DNA of 37,591 bases. Origin: Candidatus Heimdallarchaeota archaeon (GTDB lineage Archaea > Asgardarchaeota > Heimdallarchaeia > Hodarchaeales > Hodarchaeaceae). Positions 25,612 through 34,717 of the stretch are shown here, piece by piece (the first letter of the stretch is position 1; each line of letters starts with the position of its first letter). The translations under genes and the position numbers were made by a program. The notes beneath the pieces were generated by a model, which had not been told where the DNA came from, searched no databases, and worked only from the letters and a program-made list of their open reading frames with translations. The stretch lies in the NCBI GenBank assembly GCA_048881705.1, contig JBHLSH010000034.1:1-37591 (forward strand), in the 5' to 3' direction.

Positions 25612-27492
25612 ATGGGATTCTCTCTCGGTTTGGGATCAGAAGAATATGACAGGAAGTACAGGGATCGAGATCTAGTCAAAAGAATTCTCAACTATTTTTC
25701 TCCGTATAAGGCTATGATGGTCATCGTGATCTTTTTCTTAACGTGTACCTCCCTAGCAAATGCGGCTGTCCCGTTGATCACAAGAGAAGCAATAAACCAA
25801 CTTGATTCGTCCCGAAACGTTGATTATTTGGTGATATTGATTTTTGTCACCTTCATTTTAAATGCCTTGGGTTGGGTTTTCAATTATTTTCGCCAACGTT
25901 ATTCGGCGCAAGTTATCGGGGATGTCGTTTTGACATTACGACAGGATGTAAATCGAGCTGTTTTGAATCATGATCTATCATTCTTTGATAGGTATCCAAC
26001 AGGAAAGATTGTCTCACGTATAAATACGGATAGTAATGACTTTGGACAGACTGCCAGCATCTCCATGCAGGTATTATCCTCGGTTTTAGTGGTAGTGATT
26101 GTCATGACGGCAATGGCCACAATATCGTTTCCTTTATCTCTTGCTGTGATCGGAATGGTACCATTTATTTTCATTGTCGCGTTGTCATTTCGCAAAGTGG
26201 CGCGAAGGAGAACCCTTGAAGGTCAGAGGGCGCTTGCCACAGTTAATGCGTTTGTACAGGAAACGGTGGCTGGAATTCAGATCGCAAAGACATTCCGACA
26301 AGAGCAAAAACTCCATGAAAAATTTCTGGCCATTAATGATCAATCCTACCGAGCCAATCTGCGAAGGGCTTACGTTTTCAATTTCCTCTTTCCTACGTTA
26401 TCTTTTGTTCAAGGAGTGGCGATAGCGGTTATAGTTTGGATGGGGGGCGAGGGTACACTTAGTGGATGGTTGAGTGCTGGAGATTTCTACCTGTTCATCA
26501 ATAGCCTCTCCTTGTTTTTCTTCCCGCTTTTCTCTATTGCAAGTTTCTGGCCGAACTTCCAAGCTGGGCTTGCCGCATCAGAAAGGATCTTCGCGTTGAT
26601 TGACACTCCTCCACGGGTCTCCCAAATCGACAGCATTAGGCCAAGAAAATTGTTTGGGGAAATTCGATTTAGTGACCTGGAATTTTCGTACGTTGAAGGA
26701 GGAGAAGTTTTAGATCGGAAAACAGAAGCTGGATCACTATCGACCCTCAGAACAAAGGTTTTTGATAAATTTTCCCTCACGATTCGGCCTGGGGAATCGC
26801 TTGCTATTGTGGGTCACACGGGGGCTGGAAAATCAAGCCTAGCCAAACTCTTGGCAAGATTTTACGAGTATCAGGAGGGAGAAATCACTATCGATGGGAT
26901 CGATATCCGAAAATTCGATTTAAGGGCGTATAGAAGTCACATCGGGCTCATTCCACAAACCCCGTTCCTCTGGGCGGATACATTAGAGAATAATATCAAA
27001 TACGGTAATACTCATGCGTCTCGTGAGGAAGTACTTTGGGCCCTTGAGCAAGCGGGAGGTGCAGACTGGGTAGAAGATCTTCCCGAAGGATTGGAAACTA
27101 ATATTCGTGAAAGAGGATCGCTTTTGAGTATGGGTCAGAGACAGTTAGTTGTCTTTGCGAGAACATTGCTTGAAGATCCCGCTATTCTCATCCTTGATGA
27201 AGCTACGGCCTCTGTTGATCCTTTCACAGAAACTCGAATTCAGGAAGCTATTGAAAAGACCATAGCAGGACGGACTTCAATCATCATAGCTCATCGTCTC
27301 TGGACAGTTAGGCACTGCGACCGTATAATTGTTTTAGATCACGGGAAAACTGTAGAGGAAGGGGATCATGAAACGTTGATGGCAGGAGGGGGACACTACG
27401 CAGATCTGTATAATACCTACTTCCGCCATCAATCACTGGATTATTTTGATAAAACGAAGGGATTCATCCAATCCGTTAAAGATATAGGTTAA
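25612..27492 (+). CDS. Type IV ABC exporter half-transporter (TMD+NBD), partner subunit
   Basis: GHTGAGKS, signature LSMGQRQ, ILDEAT, AHRL; 3 nt after the previous gene. Confidence 0.93.
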   Translation: MGFSLGLGSEEYDRKYRDRDLVKRILNYFSPYKAMMVIVIFFLTCTSLANAAVPLITREAINQLDSSRNVDYLVILIFVTFILNALGWVFNYFRQRYSAQVIGDVVLTLRQDVNRAVLNHDLSFFDRYPTGKIVSRINTDSNDFGQTASISMQVLSSVLVVVIVMTAMATISFPLSLAVIGMVPFIFIVALSFRKVARRRTLEGQRALATVNAFVQETVAGIQIAKTFRQEQKLHEKFLAINDQSYRANLRRAYVFNFLFPTLSFVQGVAIAVIVWMGGEGTLSGWLSAGDFYLFINSLSLFFFPLFSIASFWPNFQAGLAASERIFALIDTPPRVSQIDSIRPRKLFGEIRFSDLEFSYVEGGEVLDRKTEAGSLSTLRTKVFDKFSLTIRPGESLAIVGHTGAGKSSLAKLLARFYEYQEGEITIDGIDIRKFDLRAYRSHIGLIPQTPFLWADTLENNIKYGNTHASREEVLWALEQAGGADWVEDLPEGLETNIRERGSLLSMGQRQLVVFARTLLEDPAILILDEATASVDPFTETRIQEAIEKTIAGRTSIIIAHRLWTVRHCDRIIVLDHGKTVEEGDHETLMAGGGHYADLYNTYFRHQSLDYFDKTKGFIQSVKDIG

Positions 27493-27495
27493 TAC

Positions 27496-27502
27496 AAAAA
27501 AA
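27496..27502 (-). terminator. Candidate oligo-T terminator for the 7TM-DHp gene
   Basis: A7 on + (T7 on -) starting 5 nt after the TAA at 27507-27509, in a 14-nt convergent gap. Confidence 0.45.
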
Positions 27503-27506
27503 CTGG

Positions 27507-28355
27507 TTAAATCTGCCGGATATTCTGAATAAGGTTACCCGCTTGGACACAATGATCCTCCAATTCGTTTAAATAGTCAAGAATCTGGTTTGATGGGACT
27601 TTATCCAATTGAGACTTAACCAATTCGACCACACTCAGTAGATATTGAATTTGGTTTCCAAGATCATGGGAATAGGTGTCTTTTAGAACAAACTTGCCAT
27701 GACTCTGTATAGCTACTTCGATATAGATGAAAAATATTACCATCAGTACGGACAGACTGATGGAAAAAGCATAACTTACAAAAACGTATTCTGCAAGTGG
27801 TACAAACAAAAAAAACAGAATAGATAAAACCGCCAAACCGACAATAGTTAGGAACCAGTAATATGTTGAATGACTATGAACGATCGCTAGAAAGCGATTA
27901 CGATAGTATATGCCAAGGAAATAGCTTCCAAACAATAAAAAGAGCTGAAATAGATTTGCAACAAGGGCGACGGTCTCTAAGGAAATCACCAACGAAGTAA
28001 ATTCAATAACCAATATTGTAAGGGTTCCAACAGCAGAGATTTGCCGAAATGAGAAGTTTACGAAATATGAAATTGCACCTAATACAATCAAAAAAGTTCC
28101 AATAGAAGTACTTATCCGAGACAAGAAATAGAACGTGTTTAAAAGAGGATCTGCTCCGATGTCGCTAGATATAATGTTGAAAAGGGCCGAAAAGGCTGCT
28201 ACACCCCATCCAAAGGTAAAGATCATAAATCGGTCCTTTTTGGTTCCGTCGTTTTCTTTCTGATAGGAATCTACGAATACAGCTGTCGCTGCGAGGCGGA
28301 TTAAAGTAAGTGTTAAGAAATAGAATGTTTGTACGCTCGGATCCATCATGTACAC
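27507..28355 (-). CDS. Seven-TM membrane protein ending in a histidine-kinase DHp (H-box) helix pair, with no ATPase domain
   Basis: Seven hydrophobic segments, then KDTYSHDLGNQIQYLL and a second amphipathic helix, then stop. Confidence 0.72.
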   Translation of the reverse strand: MYMMDPSVQTFYFLTLTLIRLAATAVFVDSYQKENDGTKKDRFMIFTFGWGVAAFSALFNIISSDIGADPLLNTFYFLSRISTSIGTFLIVLGAISYFVNFSFRQISAVGTLTILVIEFTSLVISLETVALVANLFQLFLLFGSYFLGIYYRNRFLAIVHSHSTYYWFLTIVGLAVLSILFFLFVPLAEYVFVSYAFSISLSVLMVIFFIYIEVAIQSHGKFVLKDTYSHDLGNQIQYLLSVVELVKSQLDKVPSNQILDYLNELEDHCVQAGNLIQNIRQI

Positions 28356-28496
28356 CTTTAAAAGCGTAGTTAATTGAGGTTATATGAATCCAGATATATT
28401 GATTGGAAATAGATATTCCCAATGAAAGTTTCTTCCGTAGATCTTGTCCAGTCTACTGGGATAGAAAAGAGAAAACAAGTCCAAGGGGGAGATATT

Positions 28497-29522
28497 TCAA
28501 TTATGCAGAACGGGAGGTATCAAACCTTCATTTAAATACCAGCCAACCGTAGGAATAATCCCGTTTTCAAACCCTGGGGTTAAATACTGGAATCCCAGCC
28601 GTTTTAACTTTGTATTATCATATATATGATCAGAGAAGAGGAGGGATAGTGCTGTTTTTTCATAAAGACTGGATTTGTTAAGTAATCTATTCAAAAATCG
28701 ATCCAGAAATCCATAGGCAAGAACTACCAAACGGGGGAAATGAATTTTAGGTACGTCGTAACCGTAAAGCGATTTAACTATATCAAACGACTCTTCAATA
28801 GAGATCGGGTGTTCGTCTGCCACATTATAGCTTTGACCGGTTGTTTTGGCCTCTTTGGCAATGAAAATAGCCGCCCGAACCACATCTTCCACGAAAACGT
28901 GATGCTGAATGGTTTTTCCAGATCCTGGAATCCCCAAAACCTTCCTGTTGGCAAGTGCTACCAGGAGCCGACCCGTACCATAGAACGATCTAGGACCATA
29001 AATCGCCGTGGGCCTTATGGAAGTAATATTGATTCCATTTTCATTGTAGTATTTCATGCCTACCTGTTCCTGAGCCCATTTTGACTCAGAATAAGGATCC
29101 TCAGGACAAATCGGGTGCGTTTCTTTAGCAGGAGTATACTGCAGCTTGCCATAAATCATAGCAGAACTCCAATTCACCACATGTGAGATGTCTTCGCCAA
29201 GTAATGCAGAAAATAGGTTTTCAGTGCCTTCGACATTAACTCGATCCAAGATTCTGGGTGAAACATCAAATCGGAAAATCCCAGCGGTATGGAATACGAT
29301 TTTTACTCCCTGTACTAGAGAACGAATTTGCGATGTATCCGTAATATCGGCAGGGACGAATTCTATATTGGCAGATCTATCTGAAGGAAGATAACGACAA
29401 AGTGACGGTGCAAGATCGGTAGCACGAACCTTGAAACCGTTAGACACCAAAGCCTCAATCAGGTGAGAGCCCACGAATCCACAAGCCCCAGTAACCAGAC
29501 ATAACTCCGAGTTTAACTTCAT
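28497..29522 (-). CDS. Extended SDR, NAD-dependent epimerase/dehydratase (3-beta-HSD-like)
   Basis: LVTGACGFVGSHL, VFHTAG, NVEGT, SSAMIYG, YSESK and IRPTAIYGP. Confidence 0.9.
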   Translation of the reverse strand: MKLNSELCLVTGACGFVGSHLIEALVSNGFKVRATDLAPSLCRYLPSDRSANIEFVPADITDTSQIRSLVQGVKIVFHTAGIFRFDVSPRILDRVNVEGTENLFSALLGEDISHVVNWSSAMIYGKLQYTPAKETHPICPEDPYSESKWAQEQVGMKYYNENGINITSIRPTAIYGPRSFYGTGRLLVALANRKVLGIPGSGKTIQHHVFVEDVVRAAIFIAKEAKTTGQSYNVADEHPISIEESFDIVKSLYGYDVPKIHFPRLVVLAYGFLDRFLNRLLNKSSLYEKTALSLLFSDHIYDNTKLKRLGFQYLTPGFENGIIPTVGWYLNEGLIPPVLHN

Positions 29523-29542
29523 GTTACCTTCCCGAAGGAGAA

Positions 29543-30268
29543 TTAGTTCTCCAAGGTGAAATAAAGCCGTCGATTATTCTTGCCTTTGTTAACCATTTTC
29601 TTCAGTCTAATTGTTCCAATTTCTTTCAGGGAATTGATATGACACCCTCCATCTGGTTGACGGTCAAATCCTTTAATGTCCACTATCCTGATTCTCTTGA
29701 GTCCCTTGGGAAGACCCATAGATAACTTAACAAGGTCAGGTTCCTTCTCTACGTCGTCTCGACTTATATAGTAGGCTTCGACGGGGTGATCATTTTGAAT
29801 GATTTCATTACTTTTCTCAACGTGCGCCTCAATTAGCGATCTATCAAAATTATCCAAATTAAAGTCGATTCTACCTTGGTCTGGACTTGAAATTTCATTT
29901 CCCGTGATTTTTGCACCTAGAAACTTATAAAACACACCGCTTAACACATGGGCGGCTGTGTGGTAACGCATGAGGGTGTATCGACGTTCCCAATCAAGTT
30001 TCCCTGTTACTTCATCCCCAACAGCCAACCCCTCTCGATCAACTTCATGCGAAGTTTCCCCTGAGAATTTTCCCACGTAAACTACCATAAATACTCCGTT
30101 ATCCTCCTTTCGGGTTAATGATCCTAAATCGTTGGCAATACCACCCGACTTAGGATAAAACGCGGTTTGATCCAGAACGACATATTTTTCGTTGGTGACA
30201 GAAACTACCTTTGCTTCGAAGTTTTTCATAAACATATCTTGGAGATATAACAATTTGGCCATTATCAA
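29543..30268 (-). CDS. alaXM: AlaX-M free-standing alanyl-tRNA editing protein
   Basis: VLDQTAFYPKSGG…DLG, MRYHTAAHVL (HxxxH), RIDF and QPDGGCHINSLKEIG. Confidence 0.9.
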   Translation of the reverse strand: MIMAKLLYLQDMFMKNFEAKVVSVTNEKYVVLDQTAFYPKSGGIANDLGSLTRKEDNGVFMVVYVGKFSGETSHEVDREGLAVGDEVTGKLDWERRYTLMRYHTAAHVLSGVFYKFLGAKITGNEISSPDQGRIDFNLDNFDRSLIEAHVEKSNEIIQNDHPVEAYYISRDDVEKEPDLVKLSMGLPKGLKRIRIVDIKGFDRQPDGGCHINSLKEIGTIRLKKMVNKGKNNRRLYFTLEN

Positions 30269-30329
30269 AACCTTTGATAGTAATGATTTCAGTTTTCCTT
30301 TCTCATTTGATAATGTTTACCAGCTGATG

Positions 30330-30341
30330 CTCCAATTGGAG
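30330..30341. repeat. 12-bp perfect palindrome CTCCAATTGGAG upstream of alaXM
   Basis: Read directly; about 60 nt upstream of the alaXM start. Confidence 0.5.
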
Positions 30342-30445
30342 ATGCCGTCAAAACGATGTTGAACACCAAAACGGAATGCTTGCTAGGGGATGAGCACCTA
30401 TGTTCTAATCAAGTAAAATCTAGCCAACCTGGGATCAGTTTTAAT

Positions 30446-31537
30446 CTAGATCATCGATCTTGCAAAATAGAACAGCTTACCTTCCATTTGAGGAGCATAT
30501 TTCTTTACCATTGAAATAACGATATTCAGTTCGTCAGCTTTGAGTGTGGAACGGAAGATACTGATCTCAGATCTATCTATTTGGTCTTTTTCGCACAATC
30601 CCATAAGGTCTGCTGTTTTTGCCAGTAATTCATCGATATACGCGCGGATTATGGCCTCTTGAGTATCTTTCGGGGCGAGTTTCAATGTATTAATCAGATT
30701 GCTGATAGATGGTACCCCCTTGATTCTAGAAGCAATCTTACGATTAAGAAGATCGACAGTAGTTAGCCCCTTGTATTTCTTCAGAAAACTAACGCGCGAT
30801 GAGCAGACCAATATGTCCCTGTTTTCAGGATCAATATACGTCGACACATATTGCTTCTTGAGAACTCTGTGAGGGAGGAGTATTTCTATGGAGGCAACGA
30901 TTTTACTTACAATATCTTTTATATCTCCAACCAATAAAATCGGTTCTTCCATCAATAGCGAGTAAATAACCTTATCCAAATCTCTAGGAAAATACTCGAG
31001 TAAAAAGGAAAGATCTGCCTCCTTAAAATCTTCTAAGGTATCCAGTGAAACTGTAGCTTTGCCGGGCATAGCAATAGTAGGCTTTTCAACCGCCCCTTCC
31101 TTATCAGCGTGCCTTAAAGAAGTGAGACTGTTTATTAGGTCGGGACTTAGCTTAGATTGATCGATTCCCAGGTATTTGAAATTCCGTTGGAAGACGGACA
31201 CGATATCTGACAATAGTTTTTGTGAGTTAGGGAGTGATTTGTAAAATTCTATGCTGTTTTCGGTATCCCCAATGAATCCTAGAGCGGCCCATTGAGTTTT
31301 CCCATCATTTGTGGGAACGGGGAACATCGTGTAAAAAGCCAAACGTCCTAATCCAGGAAATGGAACAACCGCCTGTCTACCCTGTAAATCTTGATCTTGC
31401 TCCATAGCTCCAATTGCAATGAAGGCCTTTACAGCTATTCGCTGCGAATCCTCATTAGAGGGCAGGGATGAATAGAGAGTGACGGGCCCTTTCACATCAT
31501 CCATTATGGCGAAAATGACATCATACACCTTGCTCAA
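30446..31537 (-). CDS. DENN-like protein (longin/uDENN + core cDENN + helical dDENN)
   Basis: N-terminal IFAIMDDVKGP (cf. FD-x-x-x-GP of uDENN/longin domains); core DLDKVIYSLLMEEPILLVG…IVSKIVASIEILLP, later TTVDLLNRKI; helical C-terminus. Confidence 0.7.
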   Translation of the reverse strand: MSKVYDVIFAIMDDVKGPVTLYSSLPSNEDSQRIAVKAFIAIGAMEQDQDLQGRQAVVPFPGLGRLAFYTMFPVPTNDGKTQWAALGFIGDTENSIEFYKSLPNSQKLLSDIVSVFQRNFKYLGIDQSKLSPDLINSLTSLRHADKEGAVEKPTIAMPGKATVSLDTLEDFKEADLSFLLEYFPRDLDKVIYSLLMEEPILLVGDIKDIVSKIVASIEILLPHRVLKKQYVSTYIDPENRDILVCSSRVSFLKKYKGLTTVDLLNRKIASRIKGVPSISNLINTLKLAPKDTQEAIIRAYIDELLAKTADLMGLCEKDQIDRSEISIFRSTLKADELNIVISMVKKYAPQMEGKLFYFARSMI

Positions 31538-31788
31538 ACCTTCCTAAAGCGCGTGAAATCTGTCCATTCGTCTGTTTTTCTAAATTAGCGAATCATATCG
31601 TTCATTGTTACAAATATGATTATCCGAATTATCACTCAAGGTGGTAATTACATCTCACTTTTAAAACATTCACGAAATAATCAAAAACCTAGAGGGCTTA
31701 ATTGTTCTTAAGTATTTACCAATGCTCACTAATAAAGAGTCGAAAACTGATAAATTTTTTTATTCTGAACATTTCGCAGCTGATATAG

Positions 31789-33597
31789 GTGAAAAACGTA
31801 TCTACTCGGTATTCCTCAAATGACAAATATATCAAGGTCAGGGAGCTGTTCGAGAGACTGTATAAAGAGAAAAACGCTGCGGATGACTGGATAATACTAA
31901 ACCTAATGCAATATTTAAGACACTTTGACTTGAAACATTACGATTTCGACATTTTGGGAGAGTTGTATAATCATATCCAGTCCCGTAAAGCTCGAAATGC
32001 GAACGGCCGATTTTACACCCCGCCAGAGATCATTCGTTACGTAATGTCAAAGCTACCTCTAAACGACTTTGTTAGGGAAATGGAGAAAGGGAGTTCACCG
32101 AAAATACTGGACCCTTCCTGTGGAACTGGTGGATTTTTATTAGCTTTCCAGGATGAAATGCAGGATATAATGCTGATGCGTAACTGGAGCCAGAGAGATA
32201 TAAACAGAGCTTTGCAAAAATCAATCTATGGGATCGATATTGATGAATTTGCGATTCAATTAAGTAAACTAAATATGGCGATGAAAGAGAATATTTCAAA
32301 CGTAAACCAGATATCATCAAACTTTTACACGGAAGATGCAGTTAAAACCCCGATCTGCGGCAATGAAGGGAATTTATCTGCTGTTTTCGGTCATAGATTC
32401 ATGTTTGTTGTTGGAAATCCCCCGTATTATGAAATGAAACGTTTTCCCCGTTTTGTCTCCGAATATCCTATGCTGGCTTCTAGTCCCATACCAAATATTT
32501 CTTCGCTCTTTTTTGTTCGCTATACTCAATTGCTTTCAGACGGCGGAATATTAGTTTTTCTTCTCCCTGCGAGCCTACTGTTTTCTGATAGATTCATTGA
32601 TGTCCGAAAATATCTATTGGACCGGTATTCAATCATAGAGGTTGTCCATTTGGGAAAAGCGTTCTCAGAAGTTGGACTTGAGCAGGTCATAGTCTTTCTT
32701 CAGAATAAACCTCCCGAATTCGGGCATACGGTACGCGTTGTCTTTGATATAGAAAATTTGGAAAAGCACATCTATAAGGAAACGATCACGTTTCAGAAAT
32801 ATTTCCTAAAAGATCGTAAGTATAGATTTAGGATATTCATGGATAAGACGGTATCTGCTATTGTTCAGAGAATCGAATCCAGGTCGGAATTTCTTATTAA
32901 TCACGCTTATCGATACATTGATCGAGGTGGAAGGAAGATCGCGATATTTCGTGGAATGGGATGGGAACGGGATTTAACGAGTTCTAGAGATTCTGAAAAT
33001 ACTTTTCCAGCTATTAAAGGAACGAACATCATGCGTTATGGAATTAAGGACTACTATTACCTTCCAAACGCGAGAAAATCCACTACTTCACATAAATTCC
33101 GGCTAATTACGACTCGTCCAAAGATAGTTCTGCAAAGGTTAGTTTCTTCAAAAACTCGTCTTGTTGCAACCAGTGATAATAACGGCATTCTCACTATAAG
33201 TACCATAGAGAATCTCATGCTAAACGATGATGCGCCATGGGATCAAGACTTCATTGTCGGGATATTGAATTCTGATCTAATCTCCCTTTATGTTATTGAC
33301 CAGATTTTTATGCGATCTAGGTTAACAACCTCACTTGATCAAGAATATCTTGGGTATCTGCCAGTCCCCGTAATAGACAAAGCTGAACAAGCCAGGCTTA
33401 TTGAAAAAGTCCATCGATTAAAAAGTCTGGTAGAGAAAGGAATCGAATTTAAAAAGCCTGTCAAGGAGATCGAGGTTTCTGAGGAATATATAGCAATTAA
33501 TAGAGAATTGAATCGGCTTGTGTACAAGTATTACGATTTGACCGAACATGAAATAGGTATTGTAGAAACAAGACTTAATGAATTTTATAATAAGTAA
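31789..33597 (+). CDS. N6-adenine DNA methyltransferase, gamma class (TaqI/Eco57I-like), with C-terminal target-recognition domain
   Basis: Motif X GRFYTP, motif I LDPSCGTGGFL, YGIDID, motif IV VGNPPY; TaqI_C-like KIVLQRLV…GILNS; no N-terminal nuclease domain. Confidence 0.9.
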   Translation: MKNVSTRYSSNDKYIKVRELFERLYKEKNAADDWIILNLMQYLRHFDLKHYDFDILGELYNHIQSRKARNANGRFYTPPEIIRYVMSKLPLNDFVREMEKGSSPKILDPSCGTGGFLLAFQDEMQDIMLMRNWSQRDINRALQKSIYGIDIDEFAIQLSKLNMAMKENISNVNQISSNFYTEDAVKTPICGNEGNLSAVFGHRFMFVVGNPPYYEMKRFPRFVSEYPMLASSPIPNISSLFFVRYTQLLSDGGILVFLLPASLLFSDRFIDVRKYLLDRYSIIEVVHLGKAFSEVGLEQVIVFLQNKPPEFGHTVRVVFDIENLEKHIYKETITFQKYFLKDRKYRFRIFMDKTVSAIVQRIESRSEFLINHAYRYIDRGGRKIAIFRGMGWERDLTSSRDSENTFPAIKGTNIMRYGIKDYYYLPNARKSTTSHKFRLITTRPKIVLQRLVSSKTRLVATSDNNGILTISTIENLMLNDDAPWDQDFIVGILNSDLISLYVIDQIFMRSRLTTSLDQEYLGYLPVPVIDKAEQARLIEKVHRLKSLVEKGIEFKKPVKEIEVSEEYIAINRELNRLVYKYYDLTEHEIGIVETRLNEFYNK

Positions 33598-33688
33598 TAT
33601 AGACTCCAATTTTTGGAATAATGAAAAGAATATAATATTAAAATAATCCCTATAAGTTTAAGAACGATCAAAACTGGTGTGTGTTGAG

Positions 33689-34192
33689 ATGTCACTTCTT
33701 GAAAATGCAAAAGGGTCACTTAATTATGCTATTAACATGGCGATGAATCCTTTGGATAGGGCAATTTCAATTATTCCCGATGATAAGTTAGATTGGAAAC
33801 CGATGGAAAAAACGATGACAGCTTCAGAGCTAGCCATACATGTATATCAATGCGCTTTAATATATGTAATGGGAACTTTTAACGGTAAATTCTCCGATTC
33901 TGACGACTCAATGATTCCCTTTGATCCAAAAGAAGTGAGATCTCACAAGGACATTCTCGAGTACGGGAAACGTGTTAAGAACGCAATTAAGGAGATTTTA
34001 CCGAAACTGACAGACGAAGACATGGAAAAGAGCGTTGTCTATGAATGCTGGGGGGGTATAAAGATACGGGGATTTGAATCACTAAGCACCATCTTGGAAG
34101 AGGTTATTCACCATCGAGGTCAGTTATGTCTATATCTACGGATGCTTGGTATTCAACCACCTTTTATATACGACCATACCAAACTAGACTAA
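33689..34192 (+). CDS. DinB/YfiT-like four-helix protein
   Basis: LDWKP…TASELAIH and EEVIHHRGQLCLYLRMLG. Likely start ATG 33689 (track 33677). Confidence 0.88.
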   Translation: MSLLENAKGSLNYAINMAMNPLDRAISIIPDDKLDWKPMEKTMTASELAIHVYQCALIYVMGTFNGKFSDSDDSMIPFDPKEVRSHKDILEYGKRVKNAIKEILPKLTDEDMEKSVVYECWGGIKIRGFESLSTILEEVIHHRGQLCLYLRMLGIQPPFIYDHTKLD

Positions 34193-34561
34193 TTGAATTT
34201 TCCTACGGGCTTCCCAAATTCCATGTAGATTGCAGCGGGCTCTTACGATAAGCTCGGAGTCGGCCCAGCCAGGCAATTGGATTGTAACTCTTATGGAGGG
34301 TATATTTATGGTTACTGCGGGCATCTCATATCTGGAAACGAGTGCTTCACCTGAAAAGAGCTCAATGTACTGTATAAAATGATCTGGATCGTGGGGATGA
34401 GGGTCATCATGGCCGATAGCTAGCTCCACATCAAAGGAGACGTTGGAATTAACTTTTTCCGGAACTTCTAGTGAGATTTTGTGCTGTTTTTCTAGATTTG
34501 TCATGTTATCTGGATTCATGACGCGATTAACCCCTTTAAACAAGTCTATCTTATCTGACAT
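34184..34561 (-). CDS. sor: Superoxide reductase (neelaredoxin-type, single-iron domain)
   Basis: EKQH, HPHDPDHFIQYIEL and CNLHGIW iron-ligand motifs. Confidence 0.88.
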   Translation of the reverse strand: MSDKIDLFKGVNRVMNPDNMTNLEKQHKISLEVPEKVNSNVSFDVELAIGHDDPHPHDPDHFIQYIELFSGEALVSRYEMPAVTINIPSIRVTIQLPGWADSELIVRARCNLHGIWEARRKIQLV

Positions 34562-34717
34562 CTAATTAATCTCCTTTTTTTTAGACATAAGACTGAAAGG
34601 CTTTCATTGTAAATAGATAAATAACTATTTCATCCCCAGAAACGAAATTAAGATTAAATCTATGATGAAGCTCTAACACTTGGGTGAATATAACTGGAAA
34701 CCAGGAAATTAAATTCT

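Noticed and set aside
24010-29394. Track ORFs antisense or nested within the ABC exporter, 7TM and SDR genes
   Set aside because: Shadow frames of well-supported genes.
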